Assembly (NCBI GenBank): GCA_963721485.1
Contig: CAVRJV010000014.1
Location: 139,134 to 203,133 of the forward strand
DNA length: 64,000 nucleotides
Source: an uncultured delta proteobacterium
GTDB taxonomy: Bacteria > Desulfobacterota > Binatia > Binatales > Binataceae
Reading direction: 5' to 3'
Shown here: positions 21,583-35,844 of the stretch, in pieces
Layout of the letters: each line of letters begins with the position of its first letter
Position numbering within the stretch: position 1 is the stretch's first letter
Notes under the pieces: model-generated
What the model was told of the DNA's origin: nothing
The model's input: only the letters and a program-made list of their open reading frames with translations
Databases searched by the model: none
Made by a program: the position numbers and the translations under genes

Positions 21583-23217
21583 GTGAGCAACAAAAAGCAA
21601 TGGCTCGAGACGACCTACAAGCAGGCGAGCGAGCGCCCGGTCCGCTTCTCGACCGTCTCCGACATGGAGATCGATCCGCTCTACACGCCCGAGGATGTGA
21701 GCGGCGCCTACGACGACGCGCTCGGCAATCCGGGCGAGTTTCCGTACACCCGCGGCGTATACGGCTCGATGTATCGCGGGCGCCTGTGGACGATGCGCCA
21801 GTTCGCGGGCTTCGGCCTCGCCGAGGACACCAACGCGCGCTTCCATTTCCTGCTCGGCCAGGGCCAGGACGGGCTCTCGACCGCCTTCGACATGCCGACG
21901 CTGATGGGCTACGACGCCGACCACGAGCGCGCGCGCGGCGAAGTCGGACGCGAGGGCGTCTCGGTCTCCACCGTCCACGACATGGCGACGCTGTTCGATC
22001 GGATCCCGCTCGACAAGGTCACCACCTCGATGACGGTGAACTGCTCGGCGTCGGTGCTGCTCGCGATGTACCTGGTGGTGGCCGAGCGCAACGGCATGCC
22101 GTGGGAGCGCGTCGGCGGCACGATCCAGAACGACATGCTCAAGGAGTACATCGCGCAGAAGGAATGGATTTGTCCGCCGCGTCCGGCGCTCAGAATCGTC
22201 ACCGACATGATCGAGTTCTGCGCGCGCAAGGTTCCGCGCTGGCACGCGGTATCGATTTCCGGCTACCACATCCGCGAAGCCGGCTCGACCGCGGTGCAGG
22301 AACTCGCGTTCACGATCGCCGACGGCATCTGCTACGTCGAGGAAGCGGTCAAGCGCGGGCTCGACGTCGACGAATTCGCGCCGCGGCTGTCGTTCTTCTG
22401 GAATCTGCACAACGATTTTCTCGAAGAGGTCGCCAAGCTGCGCGCCGCGCGCCGGATGTGGGCGCGAATCATGAAGGATCGCTTCGGCGCGAAGAATCCG
22501 AAATCGATGATGCTGCGGACGCATGCGCAGACCGCCGGCGCCTCGCTGACCGCGCAGCAGCCGATCAACAACGTCGTGCGCGTCGCGATCCAGGCGCTGG
22601 CGGGCGTGCTCGGCGGAATCCAGTCGCTGCACACCAACTCGATGGACGAGACGCTCGCGCTGCCGACCGAGCAGGCCGTGATGGTCGCGCTGCGCACGCA
22701 GCAGGTCATCGCCGAAGAGACCGGCGTCACCAACACGATCGATCCGTTCGGCGGCAGCTACGCGGTCGAGGCGCTGACCGACCGGATGGAGCGCGAGGCG
22801 ATCGACTATATCCGGCGCATCGACGAGATGGGCGGGATGGTCAAGGCGATCGAGACCGGCTATCCGCAGCGCGAGATCGCCGAGGCCGCATTCCACTTTC
22901 AGCGTCAGCTCGAACAGGGAATCAAGACCGTCGTCGGCGTCAACAAGTATTCGATTCCCGAGGAAATTCCGATCGCGACGCTGAAGATTGATCCCGAGAT
23001 CGAAGAGCGGCAGATTCAGCGCGTGCGCAAAGTCAAGCGCGAGCGCAATTCGGTCGCGGTCAAGGAAGCGCTCGCGCGCGTTTCCGAGGCGTGCCGCTCG
23101 GGCGAGAATCTGATGGGGCCGATTTGCGAGGCGGTGCGCCGCGACGCGACCGTCGGCGAAGTTTCAGATATCTTTCGCGCCGAGTTCGGCGTGTACACAG
23201 ACCCAGGCTGGATTTAG
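21583..23217 (+). CDS. acyl-CoA mutase large (substrate-binding) subunit lacking a B12 domain; methylmalonyl-/isobutyryl-CoA mutase family (IcmA-like)
   Basis: The ORF is intact at 544 aa and ends without a C-terminal cobalamin-binding domain. Its sequence ([26 protein letters not shown]...[19 protein letters not shown]) places it in the MCM-family substrate-binding barrel. Confidence 0.85.
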   Translation: MSNKKQWLETTYKQASERPVRFSTVSDMEIDPLYTPEDVSGAYDDALGNPGEFPYTRGVYGSMYRGRLWTMRQFAGFGLAEDTNARFHFLLGQGQDGLSTAFDMPTLMGYDADHERARGEVGREGVSVSTVHDMATLFDRIPLDKVTTSMTVNCSASVLLAMYLVVAERNGMPWERVGGTIQNDMLKEYIAQKEWICPPRPALRIVTDMIEFCARKVPRWHAVSISGYHIREAGSTAVQELAFTIADGICYVEEAVKRGLDVDEFAPRLSFFWNLHNDFLEEVAKLRAARRMWARIMKDRFGAKNPKSMMLRTHAQTAGASLTAQQPINNVVRVAIQALAGVLGGIQSLHTNSMDETLALPTEQAVMVALRTQQVIAEETGVTNTIDPFGGSYAVEALTDRMEREAIDYIRRIDEMGGMVKAIETGYPQREIAEAAFHFQRQLEQGIKTVVGVNKYSIPEEIPIATLKIDPEIEERQIQRVRKVKRERNSVAVKEALARVSEACRSGENLMGPICEAVRRDATVGEVSDIFRAEFGVYTDPGWI

Positions 23218-23220
23218 GCG

Positions 23221-23637
23221 ATGGCGGAAAAGAGACTCAGAATTCTGGTCGCGAAACCCGGACTCGACGGTCACGATCGCGGCGCAAAGATTATCGCGCG
23301 CGCGCTGCGCGACGGCGGCTTCGAGGTAATCTACACCGGGCTGCATCAGACGCCCGAGATGATCGCCGAGGCCGCCGTGCAGGAAGACGCCGACGCGGTC
23401 GGGCTCAGCGTGCTGTCGGGCGCGCACATGACGCTGTTTCCCGAGGTGATGCGCCTGCTGAAGGAGCGCGGCGCCGGCGACGTCGCGGTTTTCGGCGGCG
23501 GGATCATTCCCGACGACGACGCGGTGAAGCTCAAGCAGATGGGCGTGCGGCAAATCTTCACGCCCGGCGCGTCGACCGAAGACATCGTCAAGTGGGTGCG
23601 CGAGAATGTCGCGCGCCGCGCACTTAGGTTCCGATGA
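23221..23637 (+). CDS. cobalamin (B12)-binding small subunit of acyl-CoA mutase (IcmB-like)
   Basis: The ORF is intact at 138 aa. It carries the B12-binding Rossmann motif: [34 protein letters not shown], with DxHxxG. Confidence 0.85.
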   Translation: MAEKRLRILVAKPGLDGHDRGAKIIARALRDGGFEVIYTGLHQTPEMIAEAAVQEDADAVGLSVLSGAHMTLFPEVMRLLKERGAGDVAVFGGGIIPDDDAVKLKQMGVRQIFTPGASTEDIVKWVRENVARRALRFR

Positions 23638-24790
23638 ATTTCGATCTGACTGAAGAGCAGCGGCGCATCCGCGAAACGCTCACCGACTTTGCCGAGCGCG
23701 AAATCAAGCCGCACTCGACCAAGTGGGACAAGGACGAGACCTTCCCGCGGCATATCGTCGAGCAGCTCGGCCAGCTCGGCTTTCTCGGCGTCGCGTTCCC
23801 GGAGAAATTCGGCGGCGGCGGCGCGGATACGCTGTCGCAAGTGCTCGTCGTCGAAGGCCTCTCGCGCTTCGACGCGTCGATCGGCCTCACCTGCGCCGCG
23901 CACATGTCGCTCTCGACCGGGCACATCGCCGGGTTCGCCTCTGACGAGCATCGCGATCACTACGTTCCCGAGATGCTGCAGGCGAAGAAGCTTGGCGCAT
24001 GGTGCCTGACCGAGCCGAGCTCCGGCTCCGATGCGGCCGCGATGCATACCAAGGCAACGCGTGTCGGCGACAACTACTCGATCACCGGCTCCAAGATGTT
24101 CATCACCAACGGCACCGTCGCTGACGTGTACGTCGTGATGGCGATTACCGAGCAGGCTCGCGGGCGTGACGGCGTGTCAGCGTTCATCGTTGATCGCGGC
24201 ACGGCGGGACTCTCGAACGGCAAGAAAATCGAGAAGCTCGGTCTGCGCGCGTCGGACACCGCCGAAGTGATTTCGAAAACGTCACAGTGCCGGCGCGCAA
24301 CCTCGTCGGCGAGCTCGGCGCGGGCTATCGGCAGACGCTCAAGGTGCTCGAAGCGGGACGAATCGGAATCGCGGGATTCGCCGCAGGAATCGCGCGCGGC
24401 GGTTTCGAGGAAGCGCGCGCATACGCGCTCGAGCGCGGGCAGTTCGGCAAGAAGATCGCCGAGTTCCAGGCGATCCAGTGGATGTTCGCCGACATGGCGA
24501 CGCGAATCGACGCCTCGTGGATGCTGATCTGCCGCGCCGCCGCGCTCAGGGATGCGGGCAAGCCGTTCGCGCGCGAAGCCGCGATGGCGAAGCTGTTCGC
24601 GTCGGAAACCGCGATGTGGACGACGATCAAAGCCGTGCAGATTCATGGCGGCTACGGCTACGTCACCGATTTCCCGGTCGAGCGCTACATGCGCGACGCC
24701 AAGCTCTCGGAAATCGGCGAGGGCACCAGCGAAGTGCAGCGCATGATCATCGCCAAGTCGCTGCTGCGCGACGGCTACATGCCCGCCTGA
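23634..24790 (+). CDS. acyl-CoA dehydrogenase; frameshift near 24270
   Basis: ORFs 23634-24527 and 24287-24790 carry [39 protein letters not shown] and [14 protein letters not shown]. Confidence 0.85.
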
Positions 24791-24795
24791 TCGAT

Positions 24796-25620
24796 TTAGT
24801 CTTCGAGCAAATCTTCGCGGATGATAGTCGCGAACTCGGAAGCTCCGAGGCCGATTACCTCGCGCATGAAACCCTCGATTCCGCCGTTCTCGTCGATCAT
24901 CTCAAAGACGGGATCCAGTTGCTCTGCTGCGAGAGGAATCTTCTTGAAGACGAGGTTGCTGTCGAGGAAGTCGGCGACGATTCGATCGCGCTCGACGCCA
25001 AGCATCGACAGCAGCATCGCGGCGCCGACTCCGGTGCGGTCGCGGCCGGCGGAGCAATGGAAGAGCAGGGGATACACGTCGCGCTCGGCAAGCAGCTTGA
25101 AGAAGCGCCGCCAGTCATCGCGGAAGTGCATGACGAGCGCGAGATGCTCGCGCCCGGGCTCTGGTGCGACGCGCGTGTAGCCTTGGTCGTTGAACCATTC
25201 GTCGCCCATCGGGATGTGTTCCCATCGGACGCCGTCTCGCGAAGCCGGAACCGGCGCGCCGAGGTGCTTGACTTCGGCGCGGCTTTGCAGGGTGACGAGA
25301 GTGCGCAGCTCGAGCTGGCTGATTGGACTTTCGGCCGGCACCTCGGCCAGATGCGATGAGCGGAATATCATTCCAGCGGCGGACGCGGCGTCGGTTGGCG
25401 ACCGGGTGTCCTCCGAGGTCGCGGAAATTCTGCGCGGCGAAACTGCGCAGCAGATCGAAGTCGACAACGACGCGCGGCTTTTCCGGGTTTTCCGTAACGT
25501 CGCTGATCCTGTTTTTTCTTTCGGCAAGTCGTTCAGTTCTCCACCCATTTTAGCAGGGCGCATCGGCTCGATAAAGCCGAGTTGTCCGACACGGGCACTT
25601 GCTTCGTATATCGCGGTCAT
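24796..25620 (-). CDS. protein tyrosine/serine phosphatase (Y_phosphatase3-like, CX5R active site); N-terminal part uncertain
   Basis: The active site HCSAGRDRTG (C-X5-R) is present, followed by VGAAMLLSMLGV. An upstream region, IFRSSHLAE...LVTLQSRAEV, resembles the family N-terminus. Confidence 0.6.
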   Translation of the reverse strand: MTAIYEASARVGQLGFIEPMRPAKMGGELNDLPKEKTGSATLRKTRKSRASLSTSICCAVSPRRISATSEDTRSPTDAASAAGMIFRSSHLAEVPAESPISQLELRTLVTLQSRAEVKHLGAPVPASRDGVRWEHIPMGDEWFNDQGYTRVAPEPGREHLALVMHFRDDWRRFFKLLAERDVYPLLFHCSAGRDRTGVGAAMLLSMLGVERDRIVADFLDSNLVFKKIPLAAEQLDPVFEMIDENGGIEGFMREVIGLGASEFATIIREDLLED

Positions 25621-25643
25621 TTAATAGACTGGAGTCTACTTAT

Positions 25644-26317
25644 ATGGCTCGAGTATATCGAGACTTCCGAGCGTTCATGCCGTTGCCGCGGCGCCTGTAT
25701 CGCGGCGCGAGCGCAAGAAAGGGACGCACCCGCGCTGAAATTTACAACGCTGCGATGAACCTATTTCCTGCGGCGCGGTTTCGATTCGGTTACGATTGAG
25801 GATATCTGCGACGGCGCCGACGTGGCGCGTGCGACTTTCTTTTTGCATTTTCCCGCCAAGGAAGCGTTGCTGATCGAGTACGGCGAGCGCGCTAACGACG
25901 AGCTGGCGGCTGCCATTGCCGAATATCGTGGGAGCGCGACTGCGACTATCGGATGGCGCTCAAGATGTTGGCGGAGCGGGCAGTGCGGCATCCCGACGTC
26001 GTGCGGCTTGTGATTCGCGAAATGCTGGCGCGGCCGCGCGTGCTTAGTGAGCACGACGAGAGCGCCGCCGACTTGATCAATTTGCTCGCGGCGGTTATCC
26101 GGCGCGGACAGAAGAGCCGGTGAGTTTCGGCGGCGGACGGAGCCGACGGTTGCGGCGCTGACCGCATGCGCGGCGTTTTTCGCGCTCATCTACACGTGGG
26201 TGCGGCATGACGGGAAGGTCGATATCGAGAGCCGCGGTGGCGGAGACCTTGGACATTATCTTGAACGGGCTTAGTGAGAAGAAATCCAAGCGCGGGCAAG
26301 CGCCCGCGCCGAATTAG
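25644..26317 (+). CDS. TetR family transcriptional regulator; frameshifted
   Basis: RKGRTRAEIYNAAMNLF is followed, after a frameshift, by DSVTIEDICDGADVARATFFLHFPAKEALL (HTH). The C-terminal segments lie in other frames, and a GC hairpin (gcgcgggcaagcgcccgcgcc) sits near the 3' end. Confidence 0.55.
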
Positions 26318-26334
26318 AAGGACGAACAGCTAAG

Positions 26335-27697
26335 ATGGCAAACACTCATGCGATTGTGATTGGCGGAAGCATGGCCGGGACTTTGTGCGGCGCGCGTGCT
26401 GAGCAGGTTCTACGACAAGGTCACCGTCATCGACCGTGATGCGTATCCTGCCGGTGCTCATGAGCGGGCCGGTGTTCCGCAGAGCAGGCACGTTCATGCG
26501 CTGCTGATGCGCGGGCGGCTCGAACTGGACCGGCTGTTCCCGGGCTTCGAGAATACGATGCTCGAGCGCGGCGCGATCGAGATAAATTTCGGGCGCGATT
26601 TCGCCGCACTGCAGCGAGGACGGCTGGGCCGAGCCGGCGCGCCGAACAACATTACGACACTGTTCGCGAGCCGCGTGCTGATCGAAGCGACGGTTCGCGA
26701 GCTGCTCCGAAAAATGCCGAATGTCGAGCTGATCGAGCGGGCTGAGGCCGTCGGCTTCGAGACGGTGCGCGGCGATTCGATTCGGGTCAGCGGAGTTAAA
26801 GTGAATCCGCGCGACGGTGGCGCCGCGTTCACGCTGACTTGGCGACCTGATCGTCGATGCGAGCGGGCGCGACGACCAAAATTCCGTCGTGGATCGAAGC
26901 GATGGGCTTGCCGATGCCGCCCGAGACCGTAGTCGATTCGCATACCGGGTACGCGTCGCGATGGTACAAAGTGAATCCCGAGCGGCGTCCCAAGGATTGG
27001 TGGTGGAAGGGAATCTGGATCGATCCGATCGCGGAGAATGTTTCGACCGCCGGCGTGTTGTTCCCGGTCGAAGGCAATCGGATGATCGTTTCGCTGGCGG
27101 GGATCGGCGGGCATTATCCGCCGAGCGACGAGGCGGAATTCACCGCCAAGCTGGCGCAACTGCGCTCGCCGATAATCGCCGAGGAAGTCGCGCTGGCGGA
27201 ACCGATGTCGCAGGTTTATTCGTACCGGCAGATGGCGAATCGCTGGCGGCATTACGATAAATGGGGCGCGCGGCTCGACGGCTTCGTCGCGCTCGGCGAC
27301 TCGTCGTGCGCGTTCAATCCCGTCTACGGGCAGGGGATGACGTCGGGCGCGTTGTCGGCGATGATGCTCGGCGAATGCCTGCAAACAAACGGCATCAGCG
27401 ACGTCGAAGTCCCGCGAAAATTCTTCGCGGCGCAGGCGCGCTTCCAGGCCGAGCCGTGGGGACTCGCGACCGGCCTCGGATTTCAGAATTCCAGGCACCG
27501 AAGGCAAGCGTCCGATGATGAGTCGCGTGATCGATCCGATGATCGGCAAGATGTTCCAGGTCGCCAACGACGATCCTGCGATCGGCGAACGTATCGGCGA
27601 AGTGATCAATATGATGAGGCCGCCGTCGGCGCTGTTCGAGCCGTCGATTCCTGAAGATGATCGCCAAGGCCTGGTCGCGGCGACTCATCGGCGGTAA
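26335..27697 (+). CDS. FAD-dependent monooxygenase/oxidoreductase; about 3 frameshifts
   Basis: The N-terminus HAIVIGGSMAGTL (GxGxxG) is followed by SRHVHALLMRG. The conserved GDSSCAFNPVYGQGMTSG (GD...GQG motif) is in ORF 26857-27654, and the C-terminus is in ORF 27515-27697. Confidence 0.7.
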
Positions 27698-27782
27698 GAA
27701 GCCGCAACAAGAGGCGACTTCGATGCCTCCGCTGGCGCTGGGCGCCGAAGGTTAGAGACCCAAAGAGGAGTTTTCCCTATCA

Positions 27783-28325
27783 ATGGATCTCGTGTTTATT
27801 CATGGGCCGGCTGCGGCGGGGAAGCTTACTGTAGGTCGTGAGTTGCAGAAGATTACCGGGTTGCCGGTGTTTCACAACCAGTTGGTCGTCGATGCGCTTA
27901 CTCCTGTGTTTGAGTTTGGGAGTCAGGAATTTGTAAGGCTGCGCGAGAAGATGTGGCTGGCTGTATTTCGGGAAGCCGCTCGCGCGGGCAGGTCGATAAT
28001 ATTCACCTATGTGCCCGAGAAGACTGTTACCGAGTCCTTTGTGCGCAACACGGTTAGCCTGGTTCATGCCGAGGGTGGACGGGTGCTATTCGTCGAGCTT
28101 TCGTGCCCCGCATCGGTGCAGGAGGAACGTGTCGAGGCGGCCTCGCGCGCTGAGTTTGGTAAGATCAGATCAGCGAAAGTGTTGCGGGAGTTGCGGGAGA
28201 GTGGCGCTTTCGATGTGGGAGCATTACCGGATTCGGGGTTGAAGATCGATACGACCAAGGTTGGAGCGGCGGAATCGGCGCGCACCATCACCAAGTTCTT
28301 CGGAATTACAGAAACCGAATCGTGA
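27783..28325 (+). CDS. P-loop NTPase/kinase (AAA_33-like ATP-binding protein)
   Basis: The ORF is intact at 180 aa and carries a Walker A motif (FIHGPAAAGKLTV). Its GC content is visibly lower than that of its neighbours. Confidence 0.55.
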   Translation: MDLVFIHGPAAAGKLTVGRELQKITGLPVFHNQLVVDALTPVFEFGSQEFVRLREKMWLAVFREAARAGRSIIFTYVPEKTVTESFVRNTVSLVHAEGGRVLFVELSCPASVQEERVEAASRAEFGKIRSAKVLRELRESGAFDVGALPDSGLKIDTTKVGAAESARTITKFFGITETES

Positions 28326-28335
28326 TAAGTGATAG

Positions 28336-29250
28336 CTACTGCTGGTTTTGTTGGTTGGAACCGCTGTTGGGATCGATAGGACGAGGAAGATCTGCTTGTG
28401 GTTCTATCGTTAGTTCTACCGACATCACCTGTTTGCCGCCGTGACTCCTATATACGCCGCGCATAGGTGGTACGTCGGAGTAGTCGCGGCCGATAGCGAC
28501 TCTGATGTGGCGCTCGTCGATGCATGCATCCGTTGGTTGGATCGAAGCCGGTCCATCCCGGCCGCGGCAGCTGAGCTTCGAGCCAGGCGTGACTGGCTTG
28601 CGCGCCGACCGACTCCATCGCCGGTTGGCGGCGGGAGCCAGATAGCCGGAGACGTAGCGGGCGGGATGCCGGCAAGCCGCAGCACCCCGATGGTCAGATG
28701 CGCAAAATCCTGGCATACGCCGCCGCCGACATTGAGGATTTCGTCGGCGGTCGATTGCACATTGGTCATGCCCGGCTCGTAGATCGAACTGGTCGCGCAC
28801 GAAGGCCACGATTCGGTTCGCGTAGGCGGCGACGTCTTCTGAAGGATCGGGCTTCGCCATCCAGAAAAACTTGCGCATCGGCTCGCTGAACGGAACGTGG
28901 CGGCTCGCGTTGAGAAAGTCGTACTCGACGCGATTGCGCGACCAGATCCTCGAGTGAGAAATTCGCCGAACGGCATCGGAAGCGCTGGGCGGCGCGGTAC
29001 TGAACCGCTCGACCAGCGATTGGCGCGACAATCAGCTCGGGATGCGGGTCGTGGATCGAAAATCCGATATACGCGGTTGCCGTAGTAGTCGTCGATACTG
29101 ACAGTGGACGCGGCGGGCGTCAGATCCAGGTCAAATTCGAGGCATCGCTGAGTCGGCGCCCTCCAGCGGCCGCATCCGCACCTCGTTGTGCGAATCGTAG
29201 GCCGGCATCTGGTATTCGAAGCGGGTCGTGTGGCAGATCCGCAGTAGCAT
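28336..29250 (-). CDS. transglutaminase-like cysteine peptidase family protein (with bacterial transglutaminase N-terminal domain); frameshifted
   Basis: The N-terminus [28 protein letters not shown] has its ATG at 29248-29250. The catalytic region GVCQDFAHL...[11 protein letters not shown]...[21 protein letters not shown] is spread over ORFs 28425-28976, 28336-29031 and 28448-28675. Confidence 0.75.
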
Positions 29251-29268
29251 CACGCAACTTCACTCGGT

Positions 29269-30220
29269 CTATTCAATCGGCCTTGAGGTAGCGTTCGAAG
29301 ACCTCGTCGCCCAGGCGCCGCGCATCCATCCTGAATCTGAATCAGAAACTGATGCAACCCCGATTTGATGACCTCGCGCGGACCGCTTCGAGTGCATCAT
29401 CGCCAGCAGATCTTCGAGCTGGGCGGAGTGGCGGCGAAGGTTCGGGCGCCAGGCTCTTGATGCGGCTGAGCGACGTCTCGAGCATCGCGAGCGCGAACCT
29501 GGCCGAGCGCGGAAAGGTCGGATCGAAGAGCAGGATTTCGACCACGTTGTCGATTCTGATCGCGTTGCCGAAGCGCTTGCGATAGGCCTCGAGCGCCGAC
29601 GCGCTGCGCAGCACCGCCGCCCATTGCAGGATGTCGAGCCGGGCCGCCGATATCCTCCAGCCGCGGCAGCAGGAAGTGATACTTGACGTCGAGCATCCGC
29701 GAGACGTCCTCGGTCCGCTCGAGCATGATGCCGAGTTGCATGAAGTCGTAGGCGATGTCGCGCGGGATCGTGCTCTGGCGGATTCCGGACGAGGCGATAG
29801 AAGCTGTCCTTGAGATCGGCGAAGAACGCGAACACGCCGGGCGAGACGAAAAGCTCCGGGCGTCCATCCTGTGCGTTCAGATAGAGCGTGTTCAGGTCGA
29901 GCCACAGCTCGGACGAGATGTAGTGGCGCAGCGAGATGGCGTTGTTGCGCGCGGTGTTGATGCAACTGCGAATCGAATTAGGGTTGTCGTTGTCGAGCGC
30001 GAAGAAGTTGAGCACCGAGGCTTCGTCGGCGGTCGATGTAGGTCTCGGCGAACAACTCGCGCTCGCCGAAAATCGCGAGCAGCGGCTCCCACGGCTGCGC
30101 GTCGCGCGGCGGACTTTCGATCAGCAGATGGTAGTTGACGTCGACCAGGCGCGCGCGCCATTCGGCGCGTTCCAGATTGCGCGCCGCCCAGAACAGATGA
30201 CTCGCGATTCGCCGGAGCAT
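29269..30220 (-). CDS. alpha-E domain protein (DUF403)
   Basis: The N-terminus [33 protein letters not shown] (ORF 29978-30220) is a hallmark of the alpha-E family. The C-terminal parts lie in ORFs 29342-29965 and 29269-30015. Its position between the ATP-grasp and transglutaminase-like genes is typical of the conserved triad. Confidence 0.75.
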
Positions 30221-31791
30221 CTAGGCCTCCAGCACCCAGGTATCCTTGCTGCCGCCGCCTTGCGAGGAATTCACGATCAGCGAGCCCTCGCGCAGTGCGA
30301 CGCGCGTCAGTCCGCCGGCCAGCACGCGCGGTTTGGCTCCGAGCAGCACGAAGGGCCGCAAATCGACGTGCCGCGGCGACCATCGCTGCATTCCGCTCGT
30401 CAGAGCCATTGTGAATGATCGTCGGATGGACCGAGAGCGGGATGACCGGCTGCGCGATGAAGGCCGACGGATCGTTGACGATTCGCTCGCGCGTCTGCGC
30501 CAGCTCCTCTTCGCTCGCCTTGGGTCCGATGACGACGCCGTAGCCGCCCGATGCGCCGGTCGGCTTGACCACGTAGCGGTCGAGATTGTTGCAGTACCGC
30601 TTCGCGCACTTCGGGGTCGCGCATCAGGTAGGTCTCGACGATCGGCAGAATCGGCTCCTCGCCCAGGTAGTAGCGAATCATCGCGGGCGTGTAGGCGTAG
30701 ACGGCCTTGTCGTCGGCGACCCCGGTGCCGACGCCATTGGCGATCGCCGCGTTGCCGGCGCGCAGCACCGCGGTCAGGCCCGCGACGCCGAGCAGCGAGT
30801 CGGGGCGGAAGACCAGCGGATCGAGGAAGTCGTCGTCGATGCGCCGGTAGAGGACGTCGATTTGCCGCAGGCCCGTGAACGTCCTTCATGTAGAGCTTGC
30901 GATCGACGCAGACCAGGTCGCACGCCTTCGACCAGCTCGATGCCCATCTGCTGCGAAAGGAACACGTGCTCGAAGAACGCCGAATTGAACGGGCCCGGCG
31001 TGAGCAGCGCGATGGTCGGATTGCGATTTGCCGTTGGGCGCCAGCTCCATCAGGCATTGCAGCAGGTCGGCCGGGATAGCGCTCGACGCTGCGCACGCGC
31101 GATCGCGCGCATCAGAGTCGGGCATCAGGCGCGTCATGACGACGCGATTTTCGATCACGTAGGACACGCCCGTCGGCGTGCGCACGTTGTCTTCCAGCAC
31201 GTAGAAGCGGCCGTCGGCGCCGCGCACGAGATCGATTCCTGCGACGGTGACGAAGTTGCCCAGCGGCGGCTTGATGCCGACCGCGGCGCGCCGAAACTGC
31301 GGGCATCCGAGCACCAGGTCGCGCGGGACGACGCCGTCCGGACAGGATGCAGCCGTCGCCGTAGACGTCGCGCGAGGAAGGCGTTGAGCGCGCGCACGCG
31401 TTGGATCAGGCCGGCTTCGAGCGTGGCCCAGGTCTGCGGCGTCGATGACGCGGGGAATCGGATCGAAGGGGAAGATGCGCTCCGATCCGTCGGCGGCGCC
31501 GTAGACGTTGAAGGTCACGCCCATGCGCCGGAACATCCGGTCGGCCCGCGCGCAGATTTCGGTGAATTGCGCCGGCGGCATCGAGAACATCGTCTCGATC
31601 ACGCCTCCGCAGCCGGTCCGCGGCTGGCTTGAAAGATCCAGCATCTCGTCGAAAACGCTTGCGTCGGTCTTGTACGCCGCCCAAACGGGCACCGCCTTGC
31701 CTGTTTCGGAAACAGTCGAAGTCCATCGACACATCACCCCACCGCCGTGAGCTGGCGCAGAATTCAGCATCGCCAGCACGACCGGTATCAT
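30221..31791 (-). CDS. circularly permuted ATP-grasp type 2 protein (DUF404/DUF407); frameshifted
   Basis: Pieces lie in ORF 30886-31791 (VFDEML...MGVTFNVY...[10 protein letters not shown]...[21 protein letters not shown]), ORF 30400-30768 ([36 protein letters not shown]) and ORF 29892-30572 ([16 protein letters not shown]). The C-terminus ...[20 protein letters not shown] is in ORF 30221-31096. Confidence 0.75.
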
Positions 31792-31817
31792 TTAAAGAGC
31801 AATCGACGGGCCAGTAA

Positions 31818-33750
<1,933 letters not shown>

Positions 33751-33800
33751 GCTCGTCGGCGTACAGCAGATTCGCGCGCGAGTCGCGCGGCGCAGCGACG

Positions 33801-35707
33801 TCAGGCATTGCTCACCTCGCGAATCGGCACATCGTCGAGTGCCGATCCGTCGGCGGCAACGATTCGGCCGGCGGCGATCTGGTAGATGCGGTCGGCGCGC
33901 GAGGCGGTCGTGCGGCGATGCGTCGCGAGAATCACCATGCGGCGGTCGGGCTCCTCGTTCACCCAATCGCGCAGGCCGAGCATCACGGCGTCTTCGGTCG
34001 CGACATCGAGCGCTGAGGTCGGTTCGTCGAGCAGGAGGATCGGCGCGTCGCGCAAAATCGCGCGGGCGAGGCCAATCCGCTGCGCCTGCCCGGACGGAGA
34101 GCTTCGATCCTTTTTCGCCGAGCATCGTGTCGAGGCCGGCGGGCAGCGAGCGAACGAATTCGCCGAGGCCGGCGCGGTGAATCGCCTCGAGCCACCTCGG
34201 CCGCCGATGAGTCGGGGCGCCCGTACGCAACGTTGTCGCGGATGGTCGCGGTGAAGAGCGGATTTTCCTGCAGCGCGACCGACAGCATTCCGCGCCACGC
34301 GGGAAGATCGAAGCCGTCGATTGGCGCGGCGTCGAGCAGGATGCGGCCGACCGCCGGATCGAAGAATCTCACGATCAGCGAGATGATCGTGCTCTTGCCG
34401 GAGCCGCTGGGACCGGCGATGGCGGTGATCTCGCCGGCGCGCGCCTCGAGGCTCACACCGCTGAGCACCGGGCGTGCGCGGGTCGTAGCCGAAGGTCACG
34501 TGGTCGAAGGTCAGCGCGGTCGCGGACTTTGGCGGGATCGCGTGTCCGCTCGCGACGCTTTGCTCCGGCGCTCTGACCGAGCATCTCGAGCACGCGCGAG
34601 ATCGCGACGACCACGTCCTGCATGCTGCCCCACAGGTCGGCCAGGTTCCGCGTGCGCGCGCTGACGTTGGTGAAAAGCGTGAGCGAACCCTGGAACAGTC
34701 CGAGCGAAACGGCAACGTGCGCGAGGCCCGCGGTCCCGCCCGCCATCACTTCCGTCGCGCCGACGTACATCGCGGCGACATACGCGAGACCGCGCACCGT
34801 GTTGGTCATGACGCGATAGCGCGCGAGCCTCAGGCGTGCGCGGCGGCCGGCCAGGAACGCGTCCCAGTTATCGCGCGCGTAATTTTCCGTTTCGCGCGCC
34901 TCGGTGCCGAAAGCCTTGACGGTTCTGATCGACGCGAGCGTTTCTTCGATTCGCGTGGTCGCCTGTGCCGTCGTCTCGCGCTCGGCGATGAACCCGGCGC
35001 GCATCGAATCGGCGAACATCCACGCCAGCATGAGGTTCGCGGGCATCAGCAATGCGGCGATCAACGCCATTCGGTAGTCGTAACCAGAGCAGGTAGAGCA
35101 GCGTGCCGAGGGCGGCGGGAACGAAAATCAACGGCTGGACGATCAAGCCGTTGATCACACCCGGAATCGCGGCGGAGTCCTGGAACATCCGGAAAATCGC
35201 GTCGCCGATTTTTTCCTCGGAATGAAAGCGGACGCTCAGTTCCTGCATGCGAGTGTAAAGGTTGACGCGGAAGAGGTTGCTGATGCGCTGCAGAATCCAA
35301 ATCCCGTAGCCGAAGAGAAGTCCGAGAACGAACACGGCCGCCGACCGCCGCGATACCGCCGAGGACGCATCCGTGAATGAGGACCGTGCGCCGATCTGCA
35401 TCGAGCGGCACGTGCAGCATCCACGCCTGCGCGCGGCGTGAGCGCGGCGCCATTGCCGACGACGTCGAAGAATATGCGCGTGAGATTCAGCCCGATGAGC
35501 CCGCCGAGCAATGCGGGCAACGTGAGCAGGAACAGGTAGACGAGATGGCGGCGGTACGGCCGGACGAACGGCCACACCCGCGCCACCAGGCGGAAGACGT
35601 CGCGCGAGCGCAAGCTGGCGAGCGTCGGGGAACGCCACCTCGCGTGCGGGGCGGCGGCGCGGCGATGGTCGGTTCAGCGTCCAATCGATGCCAGCGAGTG
35701 TTTTCAT
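33801..35707 (-). CDS. ABC transporter permease/ATP-binding protein (second exporter-type half-transporter); frameshifted
   Basis: The N-terminal TMD (VWPFVRPYRRHLVYLFLLTLPALLGG) lies in ORFs 35236-35613 and 34453-35070. Walker A (IAGPSGSGKST) is in ORF 33983-34468. The C-terminus (LLLDEPTSALD...VILATHR) is in ORF 33801-34715. Confidence 0.8.
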
Positions 35708-35844
35708 GACTAACCTTCATGTGGCGTAAGTAAGTGAGTCCTTCAGAGGATCATAACGGCCCGCGGAGCGGCGGGTAAAGTACAAAGTCGCGAGTGTTTG
35801 ATGGTAACTTCGCGGAGTCGGTGCTATCAATTAAGGAGCGAATT

